From contig BAAIJX010000001.1 of the NCBI GenBank assembly GCA_054600435.1, positions 310,001 through 374,000 of the forward strand: 64,000 nt of DNA, written 5' to 3'. Below, piece after piece: positions 1 through 13,024 of the stretch (within the stretch, counting starts at the first letter, position 1; the number at the start of each line of letters is the position of its first letter). The DNA comes from Neophaeotheca triangularis (lineage: Eukaryota). A model generated the notes under the pieces. The model searched no databases, was not told the origin of the DNA, and saw only the letters and a list, made by a program, of their open reading frames with translations. The position numbers and the translations under genes were made by a program.

Positions 1-6
1 ACTTAC

Positions 7-302
7 TAAGGCTGCTGTTGGTTTTGCTGGTAGCCTCCGTAGCCTTGGGGCTGCTCGATGCCCTGCTGGAAGCCGCCTGTGTTGGGGGCACCGTATGGTT
101 GCTGTTGTGGCGGTTGGCCGCCGTATTGAGGTGTGGGAGGTCCGCCGTAGCCTGGTTGTTGTGGGTATCCTTGTTGCTGGTATCCTTGTTGCTGGTTGTA
201 GCCCTGCTGCTGGCCGTATTGCTGAGGGTAGCCACTCTGCTGCTGGCCGTAGCCTTGGTTGTAACCGCCCTGTTGGGGGTATTGATTGTATGGGTCGGAC
301 AT
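7..302 (-). CDS. First exon of a gene running off the window; Q/G/Y/P-rich low-complexity N-terminus, product unknown
   Basis: ATG at 302 ([14 protein letters not shown]...). The apparent TAG stop overlaps a GTAAGT donor at 6-1, so the gene probably continues after an intron. Confidence 0.75.
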
Positions 303-2025
303 GTTGAGAGAAGCTACTTTTATCGAGACTCAATAAGGTGAATGGGTAAAGTGCCGATGGGGTAGGAAGGGTAGGTAAGATAGTAGGGTAAAGGGTGCAG
401 GTGAGGTGTTGTCTTCTTGTTGAAGAGACGCTGCCCGCATCATACCCCAGCCCCGCCAGATTCGTCAGGGTCCAGTGCTGAGCCAGTGAGCATCCATGGT
501 TCCAAGTATGACTACCTCCACTACTAAGGTATTGTGTACATAGTGAAGATCAAGTGGGCAGGGCAGTGAAAGCGGCAAAGATGGCATCAGGCGAGTACAA
601 TTCGAAGGTGGCGACGTCTAATAAAGACAAGTACCTACATGTAAGAGATGAGCCGCAGCCACAGATGCACTGCCTCGAGGCTTTCGTCACTTGCAGACGG
701 GACTCCAGACACAAGTCGAGCCTCCTTACCTCCTGGTTACATACCTAGTACCTAACCTCCTACAAGGCACAAGGTACGTAAGGAGGTAAGTTACCTAGAG
801 GTTAGGAGGCGAGGGAGGCTAGGTAGTTGGTAGGTAACATGGCCTGCCTGCACCGTATGCTCCGAGTCTCGACCAAATTTCTCACATGACTTCGACTTTC
901 TTCAGCCTCATCTCAGCGGCACAATATAGATATTCCCTTCTACTAGTCGACCACGAAGGTATCAATGCACACGCTGTTCGTAAATTGGTCAAAGCCTCCA
1001 ACCCGGAACAAATTGCTCCCATGGGCCGGCCATTGCCTCCTAGGCTCCTACCACCCCTTACTACCTCCTACTTCGTAGTAATTATAATTATTCGTCATGG
1101 TGCGCTCCATGTTGACGAGACCTATTACTTTTCTAAATTGCCTACTACTACCATATACCAGGGGCCATGGCCATGGGAATCTGGCCCACCATAACACACA
1201 GTTACACACTTCAGTATTCATCGCCGGGCTGTCAACAATCGCGTACGAGGCTGTCGCTCTGTCCGGAACAGCTGTTTCACCTCTGAAACTGCCGTCCACG
1301 ATGCTAAAACTCTCTACCGCTGCACATTCAATCGATACTTTCGTTCCGGTCATGAATGTGCAACGTCTCCCGCTCGGTATCTACGCGGCCCAAAAGCATC
1401 GGCGCTTGAGATGATGCCCGGGCTGTCAACTGTCACACGAAACCGCCAATCCGGCCAGCATGGTCGTGCATGGGCCTTCCAACCACTAGTACTTACTACG
1501 AGCTGGTAATATCGCGGCGGTGATCTCCCAACCTGTTGGTATATGGGTAACCCTGCTCATACGGCCAAAAAACTCATCAGCCTCACCCGCCCCGCCCATG
1601 CCCGCTCTCCGGTCATACTTCAAGGAGCAACTCGCCCTTGGGCTGTCAAACTTGCACCGTGGTCCATGCAATGTGTAAAGCCTCGACACGAACTCGACGA
1701 GTCGCCTTTCTTTTTCTTACACAACAGGTAGCTGGCACTACCCTCTGGGCCCTTGCCCACTTTCACCACAAAATCTACATTTCTTTCCCCCTCTTTTCCT
1801 GTCTATCCTTTGTGCAGTTAGAAACTCCTTGTGTGTCGACTTTTCGGATTATTCCATCTGCGTTTTGGGTTAACCTTTGGACTCTGGGCCTTCGGACTCA
1901 TGCATTGATCCGTTTGCTACTCTCTACCCTGGTACTAATAGTTCTTTACTACTTCGCTGAAAGCTCTCGAGTCAGAATCAGCGCAGCCTCTGCGTTCTCA
2001 GTTCCACATCGGCTTGAATCTGATC

Positions 2026-3368
2026 ATGTCTACCACTCAAGACTTGGGGTTGGCATCATATCTGTGGCACGGCGTCAAGCCGACAACTGAAGTCCTCGAT
2101 ACTTCTGCGGTCACTAACCCTACAGACGAGCTCCGAACAACAACACAATCGTCCATGGAGTCGCAACCACCATCGAGCAGTGCGACCTTCCCTCAAGGAT
2201 CGATCAACAATTTTCCGACAACCTTTTCCACTGTCACGGCAACAATCGAACCCTTGGAGACTGCAAGTGGTATAGAGTGGGGACCTGCCATCACGGCTTC
2301 TCCCTACCTCGCCACTGCCAAAGCTGTCGGTCCAGAGTCTGATCCCCCAAAGAGCGACAGTGGACTTTCACATCGCGAGAAGCAAGGGATTATCGCTGCC
2401 TCGGTATTAGGTGTGTGTTCTCTACGTCCCTTGACATGTGCTCATCTAACAATCAAACGGGAGGTACCCTGCTACTAGCTTTGATGGCGTTCGCGTTGTA
2501 TCTTAAGCGACGGGGCGCCACTGTCTCGGAGATTCTGTGCTGCAGAAGAAGAAAGCAGCCCAGCAATGGCTTCACCCCGATTACGGAAAAGTCGAAACAG
2601 CTGCCCATCCGCAAGAACCTACGCTTTTCTGTGCACTCATCCAGAGGCCCTTCGGTGGTTTCTTCGCCGCCTCATGGATCAATACCTTCAGTACCAGGGA
2701 CGGTAGCTACCCGCTTCCATGCCCAGAATCCATACATCAAAGGCCAATGGAAAACAAATGTCGTCAAAGACAGCCCGACTCAGCGCGCGAGCGCACTCTT
2801 TTTCGATCCAAAGATGGTCAACGGAAATACCTCGGCTTCACACGTTCATGTCACGGTGCGCCGATCTTCGCAAAATTCCCTCCTTCGAGTAGCCTCGAAT
2901 AGCAGTTTAAAATCGGACAAGGAGGAATCAGGGAAAAACAAAGCCGGGATGGATGCTGCTTCACTGCCAGTCCCTACCACGCCGAGCGAGCCAGATCGAC
3001 AGGATCGTTGGAGCTGGACGAACACGGATGCACCCCCGACACCTCGAACTAAAGCTACTTCTAGCAGACCACCATCCGTAGCGTCATCTGCAGCGAGCCG
3101 CCTCCGTAACATGACTTCAAGAGCCAGCGTACAAATACAAAAGCGACGTGACAAGGAGCGGCAATCGGGTGGCAAGGCGAAGAAGCCGGTGCTCAAGAAT
3201 CAAGCCTCGAAGCCAACACTCGCACCGCAGAATCTAGCCAGGAAGCTGTCGATCAAAGCCCCCTCCTCTCGCAACCAGGACCCTTCTCTACCATTACAGG
3301 GCACCCCCGAGCCCACACGCTCCAGCTCAATGTCGTCGCCTGTGGAGATGAAAAAGTACTCTCATTGA
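2026..3368 (+). CDS. Hypothetical single-pass membrane protein (S/T-rich N-region, one TM, basic disordered tail); 2 exons, intron about 2411-2463
   Basis: GTGTGT donor at 2411, CTAAC branch near 2446 and AG at 2463 join GIIAASVL-G-TLLLALMAFALYL into one hydrophobic helix followed by KRR. Confidence 0.65.
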
Positions 3369-4397
3369 TCTACCTTCATTCTGCTCTCAGCTTTCTGCTG
3401 CGTTCTTGCGATCATACACTGTGCAATAATAGAAGCCACGCTGGTCATCTAACGCTTCGGTATGGGTGGGAAACTGGCTCTGTGTTTGCGGCTGGATCGT
3501 GTGTCGTGGCTCCGAGTTACGTTGCTTTCTCTTTAACACTTTCTTTTTTTATGATACCCTATGTAGTTAGCGAAGTGGCTCTTTGAGTGCCGCGAAGGTT
3601 GATTTAGCGAGCCTGAACTGAGAGAGATGTATTCTTGCTTGCATTTCCTCTTCGATATCCGTTCACGGACCAGGGTAGGCTCTGTCGTCTGTTGCATGCG
3701 CTATGGGTTTGTATGGATGGATACTGTTCAGCTCCTTCCGCAACGGCCGCGGCATACTGTGTTCGTGGTGAAAGCGAAGAGGTAGTTTAGGTATAGCCTG
3801 GTGAGTCTCCCATCGTCTGAGACTCACTGACACTTGGGACTTTCCTTGTCCTAACGGTGACTTGGACTACCTAGCTTGTGGCCATGTTAAGCTACCTACA
3901 GTAAAGTGCCTCCTCTTGTCGTCTCTCATCTACTAGTCATCGGTTATGACCTTCGAAAAGCATATCTAGTCCCGGTTTCATATTCAGATTGTTGCCCCTC
4001 ACCCTCGTTGACTTTACATCAAACCCCACAAATCACCCCACTATCGATCAAACAATGACCAACACATGGAACCGTTTCAAAGACAACCTGCGATATCATA
4101 CCCCAACTTAGTATACTTCAAGAAAATACCAATATCAAGAGCCGAGACCGCGTCTCGCGAGATCCAAAAGCTTCGAGGCCAAACGGCATTTCACCATCGA
4201 GACGAGCCGTCCCCCGGCCCCTCGAGAACCTTCAGGTTACGGTCCTTACGGAGCTCCACAAGCCGCAGCCGCTCCCTCTCAAGCTTTCCTCCTCCTTGAC
4301 TCGAAACAGAGTCAATAATACTTCCTACCAAGCCATACCTGCAGTCTACCTCCCAAGCCACCCGGTCCGACGAGTCCACACCAGAAACTTCAACGAG

Positions 4398-5441
4398 ATG
4401 CCCGCCACCATCGGCGTAGCCCTAATCGGCAGCGGCATCTTCGTCAAAGAACAACACTACCCGGCGGTGCAAGCCAGCGACGCCCTCAGCCTCAAAGCCA
4501 TCTACTCGCGCTCGCTCAAATCCGCACAATCCGTCTCCCCAGACGACGATGACCAGGACGACGTGGCCCTCTACAGCGACGACAGCGACCAAAACTACGC
4601 CGACCTGCTCCAGCGCGACGACGTCCACGCCGTCATCATCGCCCTGCCTATCCTCGTGCAACCGGCGTTTGTCAAGCAGGCTCTGAGCGCGGGCAAACAC
4701 GTGCTGGCTGAGAAGCCCATTGCCAAGGACGTGGCGACGGCGAGGGAGCTGATCGCGTGGTACCATGGCAACACGGACACGACAAAGGTCTACTTTGGCG
4801 TTGCGGAACAGTTCAGATACCTCAACGCCTTTGTAGCGGGCGCAAAGCAAGTGCGAGATTTCGGCAATGTCGTCGGGTTGCGGTTGCGCATGCAGACGCT
4901 CCTGACGGGCGGCAAGTACTTTGAGACGCCCTGGCGCAAGAAGCCCGAGTACCAGGGCGGTTTCCTGCTGGATGGCGGGGTGCATTTTATCGCGGGCATG
5001 CGGTTGTTGTTGGGGCGTGAGGCGAGGGTGCAGAGGGTTAGTGCTTTCACTGCGCAGTTGCAGCCGCATCTCCCGCCGGTTGATACCGTGGATGCGACTT
5101 TTAGGCTCGCCAATGGGAGCTGTGGGGTTTTTAGCGTGAGCTTTGGGACTACGTTTACTGGGTCTGAGTGGAGTGTGGCATGTGAGGGTGGGAGTGTGAG
5201 GGTTGAGGGGAAGAATGTTGTGATTAAGCGGAAGGGAGAGGATGAGGTGACGGAAGAATACCCAGATGAGTTGGGGGGAGTAAAGCAAGAGGTCTTCGCT
5301 TGGGCGAACGGATTGGTCAACGGGAAGCAAGAAGCTCAGCAGAAGCCCGAAGAGGCGCTGGCGGATTTGGAGATTTTGGAAGCCATGATACAGAGTGGAG
5401 AGAGGGATGGCGCGCCGATTGAGCTGAAACACCAGCTTTGA
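4398..5441 (+). CDS. Gfo/Idh/MocA-family NAD(P)-dependent oxidoreductase
   Basis: VALIGSGIF Rossmann start, AGKHVLAEKP motif, GGFLLDGGVH motif; intronless. Confidence 0.9.
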   Translation: MPATIGVALIGSGIFVKEQHYPAVQASDALSLKAIYSRSLKSAQSVSPDDDDQDDVALYSDDSDQNYADLLQRDDVHAVIIALPILVQPAFVKQALSAGKHVLAEKPIAKDVATARELIAWYHGNTDTTKVYFGVAEQFRYLNAFVAGAKQVRDFGNVVGLRLRMQTLLTGGKYFETPWRKKPEYQGGFLLDGGVHFIAGMRLLLGREARVQRVSAFTAQLQPHLPPVDTVDATFRLANGSCGVFSVSFGTTFTGSEWSVACEGGSVRVEGKNVVIKRKGEDEVTEEYPDELGGVKQEVFAWANGLVNGKQEAQQKPEEALADLEILEAMIQSGERDGAPIELKHQL

Positions 5442-5859
5442 GCTTGCATGGGTACAGAAGGTGACTGTTCAGTATACCGTTGGTCTACGCTGAAGCCGTC
5501 GGACAGCGATGGAGGCTCCTGGTGAGTACTACGCCAAGAGTCCTTCAAAGGATGAATACCTCGAGTAGCTGGCGTAACTCGATTTGTCTTCGTCTCTCCA
5601 CGGAGCTACCATCGCGAGAGAGCTACTGGGGATCCATTCGACTCACACGATTGCCTCATACCACTACTCACTCCAGCTTCCGGCAGTAGCTGAAATATTG
5701 TGTTGCCGTGCGAGTTTGCCCTTCTCGGGATGATGAACTCGCCCGCTTATGATTCTGATAGCAGCAGAATGAGCCTGCGCTAAACTCGGGCGCACACGCA
5801 ATACCTGCACACACGATTGGAATACGGAATATAGTCTTGCCCTCTCAGCTCGAATGCGC

Positions 5860-7305
5860 TCAGCTCACTTGCTGCGAAGGCGAGCCTTGCTTTACGCTAA
5901 GGTCGGCTTTGGCTTCATGGCTAATCGCCAGCTTCTGCAGGTCTACCGCCAGGGGATCGCTGTCCGCAGTAGCTTCCAAGGGTCCATCGTACCCTGGTGG
6001 TGGCAATGCCCACTCCGGCAGCGACGTCTCGTAGCTCCAGCTGCCCTCGGCATCCGCGTACTTTTTGGCGTGCAAGTATATGCCCAGCTCGTGCGCGCCA
6101 GGGTCGCTGTAGAGATCGGTACCACAGACTTCACATTTCTCTCCAGTCATCTTTTCCGCCTTCTTCTTGTTGTACTCGTCGACCAGCTCGTCGTGGTAGG
6201 CTTCTGCTTCGGCGACTTCGCTCTTACCCATCTTGCCCAGCCGCGTCATGATATCCTCATCGTCGTCCGAATCAGCGGCATCCTTGCCGAGATTGGGCCC
6301 GAAAACGCGCTGGTTGCTGTAGATTGGGTCGTTTATGATGGGGTGACCCAGGAACTGTAGGTGAACACGCAGCTGGTGTGTGCGGCCAGTCAGCGGCAGA
6401 CACCGGACGATGCTATAGCCCAACTTCCCCATCCCGTTTGTCGGTCCATTGTTGGCGAGCGGTGGATAGTAGGCCATTTTCTTGAAGACGGTCCTCGCGC
6501 TTTTACCATTGGCTCTGACTCTGTTCAACCCCAGCTTTGGACTGATCTGAAGAATCGGCTGCTCGCAGACAATATCGCCTTCTGGAAAATCCCCTCTCAC
6601 ACGCGCAACATACTCCTTTTTGATGGTCCGTCCCATGATCTGCTCGGTGAGCTTTTCCGCCGCTTTCTTGTGCTTGCCAATGAACATCACGCCGCTTGTC
6701 AGTCTATCCAGCCTGTTGCACGGCAGAGGGTTCCATTGGTGGCCGCGCTCGGCGCGCATAATTTCAATGACGCTGTTATAGTTATATCGGCCTGAAGGGT
6801 GCACGGGCACGCCCGCGGGCTTGTTGATGACAATCATATCGTCGTCCTCGTGAACTATGCCAATCGATTGGGCAGTAACTGGCGGCTCGTGACGGTGGAG
6901 GGTATGGCTGATTACATCCCCGTTCTTGATGGTCATGTTGGTAGACAATGCCGGCTTGCCATTGACATAGATGGCCCCCTCTTCTATAGCGCCTTTCTGG
7001 AAACGTCAGTCAAAAGTCCTGCAAGCAAATTTCTTCGCCGCATCCGTATAGCCACATACATAGTACTCAGCCGACCGATCTCTGAACTCGTCTGTGAAGA
7101 TCTCCAGTAGCTCTCTTCCCCTCCATCGTTGCTTGCAGTTGGTGTTGTATGTGAAGTGGTATGGTGCGACTCTCCGTAGACCATCTTCGAGGTAGTACGG
7201 TCGAGGCCACGGGTCGGCAGGCGTAGTGACGACGGGCGGCGGAGGTGCTATGTGCTCGGCGGGTTCGGGAGCGATAGTCGCTGGCGCTGTAGGGGTGAGT
7301 GCCAT
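5860..7305 (-). CDS. RluA-family pseudouridine synthase (Rib2/Pus9-like); intron 6997-7059
   Basis: INKPAGVPVHP, NRLDRLTSG (catalytic Asp), TGRTHQLRVHL, PIINDPIY and IYLHA motifs. The GTATGT...CTGAC...CAG intron restores the frame (EYY|KGAIEEG). Confidence 0.9.
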
Positions 7306-7854
7306 AGTGCGCACGCGTCGCGCCAGGTAGGCGGCGATGCGAGGTGACGGAGCCACGAGGAGAGATTGTGACGAGGTCTGAGTCGTTCGAAGCAAACGTA
7401 TCGGAGTTGATTGATTTTCTTCATTTGAGCACGAAAGAGGAAGTCAGGAAGCATCACAAGGCTCGGCAGACTTGCCGCTACTGAGTATAAAGCAAAGAGA
7501 CATTTCACAGGGACACCTATGCATGTGCTGATGATGACGCTTTGCCCTGAGAAATGTGAAGACCAGCACTTGGAAGTGTACAAGCCATTGAACACACACA
7601 AGACAAGTTTACTGGTATCTGACAAGGAGAATGGACATTGAAAATTCGATCGTTGGGTGGCACAATGAAGCCCATAGTTGTCGTTCTATCTGTACACTGA
7701 GTACGATAAGAAATCCGAACGACACTAGCCAAGGGGCTAACAGGATATTTCAAAAACACCACGCAATGCTCCCATCCACCGTTTGCGCCGTAGAAACGAC
7801 TTTTCGTCGTGGTTAAAGGTAAGAAACAACCACCTTTTTAGACGAGCTTGCCTC

Positions 7855-9338
7855 TTACAAGAGCATGAACGCGAAGGTGATGGCGCCGACGAGACCAATG
7901 CCAGCACCAAACTTGGGCGCAGCACCCTCAGAGTCCGAAGAATCGTCCTCGTCGTCATCATCGTCATCGCTGGAGCTGGAGCTGCCAGAAGAAGAGTCGT
8001 TGGCGCCGTCAGATCCAGCGCTGTTGCCATCGCCAGTTGTCTCGGACTCAGTCACACCATCGCCAAGATCAGGGTCGGTCTGGCTGAGCTCGCCAGCTCC
8101 AGCGAACTGAGATCCGGGGCCGTCCAACCCTGGTGCATCGTCGACACCATCCTGAATCATCTCCTCAGCCTCCTCAGGAATCTCGGGGAGATTGTCGGTG
8201 CTGACTTTCCACTCGTCCGACTGGCTTGGGCATTCGGGCCATGACCCATTAGTGCTCAGACGAGCGCCACCGTCGCCGCTAGGGTTGTCGACAGCCGCGA
8301 AGGCCTCAGCAAGACGGTCAAAGTCATCGTTGGTCACGACTTCGCCATCCTCTACGTCGACCAGGCCGTATCCGTTGGGCTCGACAGTGTATTCGTAGGC
8401 CAAGCCACCGGAGTAGACGCCAGTCATGTTTGGGTGGTAGAGAGATGCGACCTCGCCCCACTCACGAGTGTTGGTGATGCAACCAAATTCGGAAAGGAAA
8501 AGAGGGACGGGGTAGTCGCTGTAGGTCTCGACCTTCTGGTTCCAGCCAGACTCTTCGAAGCTAGAGGGGTCACACCAGGAGTAATCGTTCAGGGCGAAAA
8601 AATCGGCACGGGCGTTGTCGTCGTCACCGCAGATGAAGTACTGAGCCTGCAACTCGGTGAGGTCATCGGCTGCAGAGTAACCAACAGGAATCTGGCGATC
8701 TGATTGCGCGCCGATGTATCGCTTCATATCGCGCTGAACAGCCTTGACGTAGGGGGCAGTGTTGGAGTTGTTTGCGGCGTTGATAACCTCGTTACCCGAA
8801 AAGAACAGCGCAAGGTTGCCTGTTGAATTTGATTAGCGGGAAACGGGACGGTGAAGGGACAAAGGGGTAATCGGTACTCACTGTAACCCGCGAACGCATC
8901 AATCGTTGCGAAAACGTTCTCGAGATAGCCGCTGTTGTATGACGTGTGAACCTCGTCGTTGTCACCGCGCAACAGCGAATAGTCGGGGGTGTTGGCGTCG
9001 AGAGCGAGGTAGATGCCGGCCTCGTCGAGCATCTGCATTGCCTCGTCGTGGTCTCCGCTGTTGTCGATGGTGTAGATACGGATTGTGTTGACGCCCAGCT
9101 CTTGGAAATTCTCAATGTCCCTCCTCAGAGACGGCATATCGAGCAGAGGGTCGGCGGCGTCGGCAGCTCCACCAGGCTGGTAGGCGACACCACGCATGTA
9201 GAAGCGCTCGCCGCCGGCATAGAAAGCGTTGCCTCTGGTGGTGACGGGGGGCAGGCTGCCCTGTTGCCTCTTTTTGATCTTGCCGAAGGCGCCTGAGGCG
9301 GCGGTCAAGGCCGTGGCCAGGACGGCCGTAGTCTTCAT
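7855..9338 (-). CDS. GH72 1,3-beta-glucanosyltransferase (Gas/Gel family), GPI-anchored; intron 8820-8881
   Basis: Signal peptide, RFYMRGVAYQ, NTIRIY, FSGNEVIN, YSWC, FLSEFGC and YSGGLAYEY motifs, S/D-rich stalk and hydrophobic GPI tail. Confidence 0.95.
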
Positions 9339-10360
9339 ACTGCGGGTTGTCGTTGAAAATTAATCGGATTGAAGTTCAGTAGTAAAGGGCCAAAAGAACG
9401 TGAGGTGTTGTTTGGAAAAGAAGAAGCAGTAAATTAGTAGTGTGAGAAGAAAGGACGGCAACGACTGTGTTGGAGGTAAGAGGGTGAAGGGAAATGTGGA
9501 AGGGGAAGATGAAGATGAAAAGTCGCAAGAGCAGACCAAGGGATGTGGTGAATTATTATGATGGAGCGCTTGTCAAGGAGTCTAGGTACAGTACAGTACG
9601 TTGCTTGGGAAGGGGTTGGTCGTACTTGTCCCGATGTTTTTTGGCTGAGGGTCGCCGAGCAGGCCAAGGCATTGGCGCTGCAGAGGACGCGTCGCCGGTG
9701 CTTGTCGCTGAGGTGTTACATCCTACCTACCTACCTTACCTATTGTTTGCCCAGCACGGCGGGAGATTGAGTGTATATCAGTCGAGAGACAAGCCTGAGT
9801 CGCTCCAAGACGATTGTTTTTGTTGAAAACGCCGAGAGCACTGCGCCTCTCCGCCATGCCACCAACGCCCGTCCATGACCGTCAACTCGCGGGTTGGCAA
9901 TCAGTGGCAAATATCATCATCGTTATAGCTGCAGCTGCAGCTGTCTTGTCGCCGCTCCTGTTGATATCGCTAAGGTTAGGTTAGGTTGTTTGTACATGTG
10001 TGGGTAGGAGTAGTAGTTAGGTAGATAATAATAATGCAGACAGCCTTGATGATCCTCCCGCCTCCCCCGAGACCCTGAGACGTACAGTATGCTACCTTAG
10101 CTAAGTACTACCTTAGCTACCTATAGCTCTTGGCAAGCCCCTTACAGCCCGACGGGAGTCTCGGAGTACTCGATTTCCCCGACATCTTTGGAATAACGTT
10201 CATAATACGGGGTGGGCCGTCCATCACCTGGCAACCTGGCTACATACAGATAAAGTACTCATGTATGTACACTCCCCAGGTGTCTTATCACTAGTGATGG
10301 TCGCGCGGCAACCATTATTATTATTGTCTATGGCCGGGACTAGTACAGATGAGGTCCAAC

Positions 10361-10395
10361 ACTTGGAGAGAAATAGACACTTGGAGAGAAGTAGA
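10361..10395. repeat. Short tandem duplication, unit about 18 bp (CACTTGGAGAGAA(A/G)TAGA x2)
   Basis: Read directly: acacttggagagaaatagacacttggagagaagtaga; coordinates approximate. Confidence 0.7.
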
Positions 10396-10720
10396 GACTA
10401 CTGTACTTACAGTATGTAGATAAGTATACTAGCTCTACGATGCGCTCGAGATGCGTCTCGCCAATCGGCTGCTGGAATGTACCTACTTGGGTAGGTACTC
10501 ACCACCGAATGGCAGCTGGTCCGCTGGAGCTCCAACCATCTTCATGCTTCATCACCTCAGCTCACGTACTCGCTCAAATTCATTCACGCAGCATCAAATC
10601 GTCACAGTAGAAACGGCATGGTAAGGCTGTAATGATCCACAAACTTCCATTGATGCCATTCACAAAGCTCCTCCCGTACCCACGTATCCAACCATCGCAG
10701 TCCCGGCCACAGCTAGAAAC

Positions 10721-11392
10721 ATGTCTGCAGCTCCGGCACCCCAATCCTCTGCATCAGACCCCCCAGTCAGCCGCCTCCTCGCACTGCCAGCAGAGCTACG
10801 CAACAGCATCTGGAGCTACCTGCTAGTCCGACCAGCCAGCGTCACCTCCGACGACCACGCCATCCACTGCCGGATCCTGCAGGTCTCGCGCCAGATCAAC
10901 GACGAAGCAACCCCAATCCTCTACGGCGAGAACAGATTCAACGCCCACCCCTCCCTGCTGGCCACGCTACCCTCTCTGCGACCCGGGCGGGCGGACTTGG
11001 GCAACGAGCGAGGCGTGAGCAAACGCTACCAGCCTGTCAAGCACCCCCGCCCGCTCGCACTGATCAGGCGTTTCTGTCTGTACCTTCGCCTCGACACGGA
11101 TCCACGCTTCACGGCGGCCCAAGTCGAAGCTTCTTTTACCGGCGCCGAAGAGCTGGATATTGAGGTTTTCCAGTCAGTGTACGGGGCTTGTGATTTTACT
11201 AAGCTACGGTTGTTTGAGGGCGTCCGGGGGGTCAAGAAAGCTGTAGTGGATGGTAGTGTTGGAGATGGAAAGTACGCTAGCTGGTTGGCGCATACGATGA
11301 TGCTTCCAGAGGGGGCGGGAGTGCAGCCTTACACTGAAGAATACGTCGGTGGACACCGAGCTTGGGATGCTTGGTCTCGTGGGAATCGATGA
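10721..11392 (+). CDS. Hypothetical protein with F-box-like N-terminal motif
   Basis: LLALPAELRNSIWSYLL and ILQVSRQINDEATPILYGENRF are typical of ascomycete F-box-like proteins. Confidence 0.75.
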   Translation: MSAAPAPQSSASDPPVSRLLALPAELRNSIWSYLLVRPASVTSDDHAIHCRILQVSRQINDEATPILYGENRFNAHPSLLATLPSLRPGRADLGNERGVSKRYQPVKHPRPLALIRRFCLYLRLDTDPRFTAAQVEASFTGAEELDIEVFQSVYGACDFTKLRLFEGVRGVKKAVVDGSVGDGKYASWLAHTMMLPEGAGVQPYTEEYVGGHRAWDAWSRGNR

Positions 11393-12539
11393 GTTATTGT
11401 AGGAGTGCACATCCAGGGGCATGGCTCGTAGCGCGGACCTTGCGTCCTGCAGAGATGTCGAGTATAAGCTGTGACGGCGTGGTGAAGACTTTGTCACGTC
11501 GACGAGTCTTGCATTACGAGATAACGACTGTACACGAAAGAGGATCGCATTCCGCGCGCGAAATGACGAAAGTAGAAAATATCATGAGCGCTACAGAACA
11601 TAGGTAATCAACGGCTTCTGTATTTTGTCAGCTTCATCTTCAAAACGGAAAGGGCAGAGAAGACAATGTGTGACATGGCCATCGGCTCTGCGTCCACTGG
11701 CCTACAAGGAGCACCTACGCCTGGCCGCCGCCGCCACCATCACCGCTCTACCACGTCGTGTCACGTGATGCTGGATGCAACGAGGCTGAGTAGGAGGCTG
11801 TCACCGGGCACTCGCAGCTTCAACTGCCTCTTCTCGCATTCAGTGGGTCAAAGGGCCGAGTACGCAAATACCCGCCAGCCCTACATCTACTCTTATATGT
11901 AGACAGGGAAGACCAAAGTAACTTGGTCGGATGCAGATGTGTCTTGTTTCGGTGGCGCCTCGAGATACATGTATCGTTTTTGCCGCGGCTCGGACATCGA
12001 TGCTTCACTGATTACACTGAGCTCTCTCGATGACTGGTTTTGTGATTTGCATCGTCGAGCATGAATGCATTTCAGCTTGCGCGGTAAATACTCATTTGAT
12101 CACCAGTCAATAGTCTCAAAAGAAAATATAAAAGACCAGAGTATTGCACTTTCTATAATGTTGTCTATGATCAACGCCTTCTCCAACTCTCACCCTGATA
12201 TCAAAGTCGTGCCACAAACAACTATCAGCCTGATCAATTCGGAAAATCTGCCCCAACCAGCCAGCACAGGGGACGTGCTCAAGTAGGCGAAGGCCCAAAA
12301 GCCAAGCCAGTCCCAATAGTCATGTCCTGAGTGACGGTGATTTTGGTCGACGGTGATCCTGGAAGGGCCAACTCGCTCACAGTCTCAGTTTCGAAAATGC
12401 TGATAATCTCAACTTGCTGGATGCGCTGCGTGACCACGGCCGTCTCCAGAACCATAACGGCAATCTGCTGGCTTTCCTCGACACCAACTTCGGCAGTGAC
12501 TATTTCCTCGTAACATGGCTCCGACGGAGAGCAGGCATT

Positions 12540-13024
12540 CTATCGCCCATTCGGACCCGCGACACCGGTCTTCACTGCTGCTTCTGTCGTCGGCGACGCT
12601 TCTCGCTTGTCTTTGTGCTGCCGTGTGCCGTAGCCGATCTGTCCGGAAAAGGGCGAGGGCCATTGATCTGGGACGCTCGCGAATGTCTGGGTGTAGATGA
12701 ACTCGATCCAGGTCTCGGAACCGCCGGGTAAGTTCGAAGGAAGCCATTGCGTGGTGACGGAGGGGTGCTGGCTTTGGGGAGTGGTGTTTGCGTCACCGGC
12801 GCCGCCGCCGCCCCCGGGGATTTGGCGGATTCTGGGCGCAGATGTAAGTCTGGGAGGCGTTTGTTAGTAGGATCGAAGGGGGCTTACTCTAAAGCTTGAC
12901 TATGCGAGTCCGGGGCTACTTCGTTAGGAAGAGGTTGGCCGTCAGGGCGAGATGGCGATGGGTCGAGCGCGATCGCGCAGGCGCAGAAGGCTGCGAAGAA
13001 ACAGGAAGTCGACAGTAGTCTCAT
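12540..13024 (-). CDS. Secreted KRE1-domain-like cell-wall protein; 2 exons, intron 12850-12887; not represented in the ORF track
   Basis: ATG at 13024 gives signal peptide MRLLSTSCFFAAFCACAIA. After a GTAAGC...CTAAC...CAG intron the frame reads TWIEFIYTQTFASVPDQWPSPFSGQIGYGT, resembling the Kre1 core. TAG at 12542-12540. Confidence 0.7.

Noticed and set aside
886..1414. Short overlapping ORFs in the first intergenic region
   Set aside because: No motifs or codon bias; cannot be supported.
10618..10667. ATG|GTAAGG mini-exon upstream of the F-box-like gene
   Set aside because: The nearest plausible acceptor (10667) is out of frame with the main ORF and the branch site is weak.
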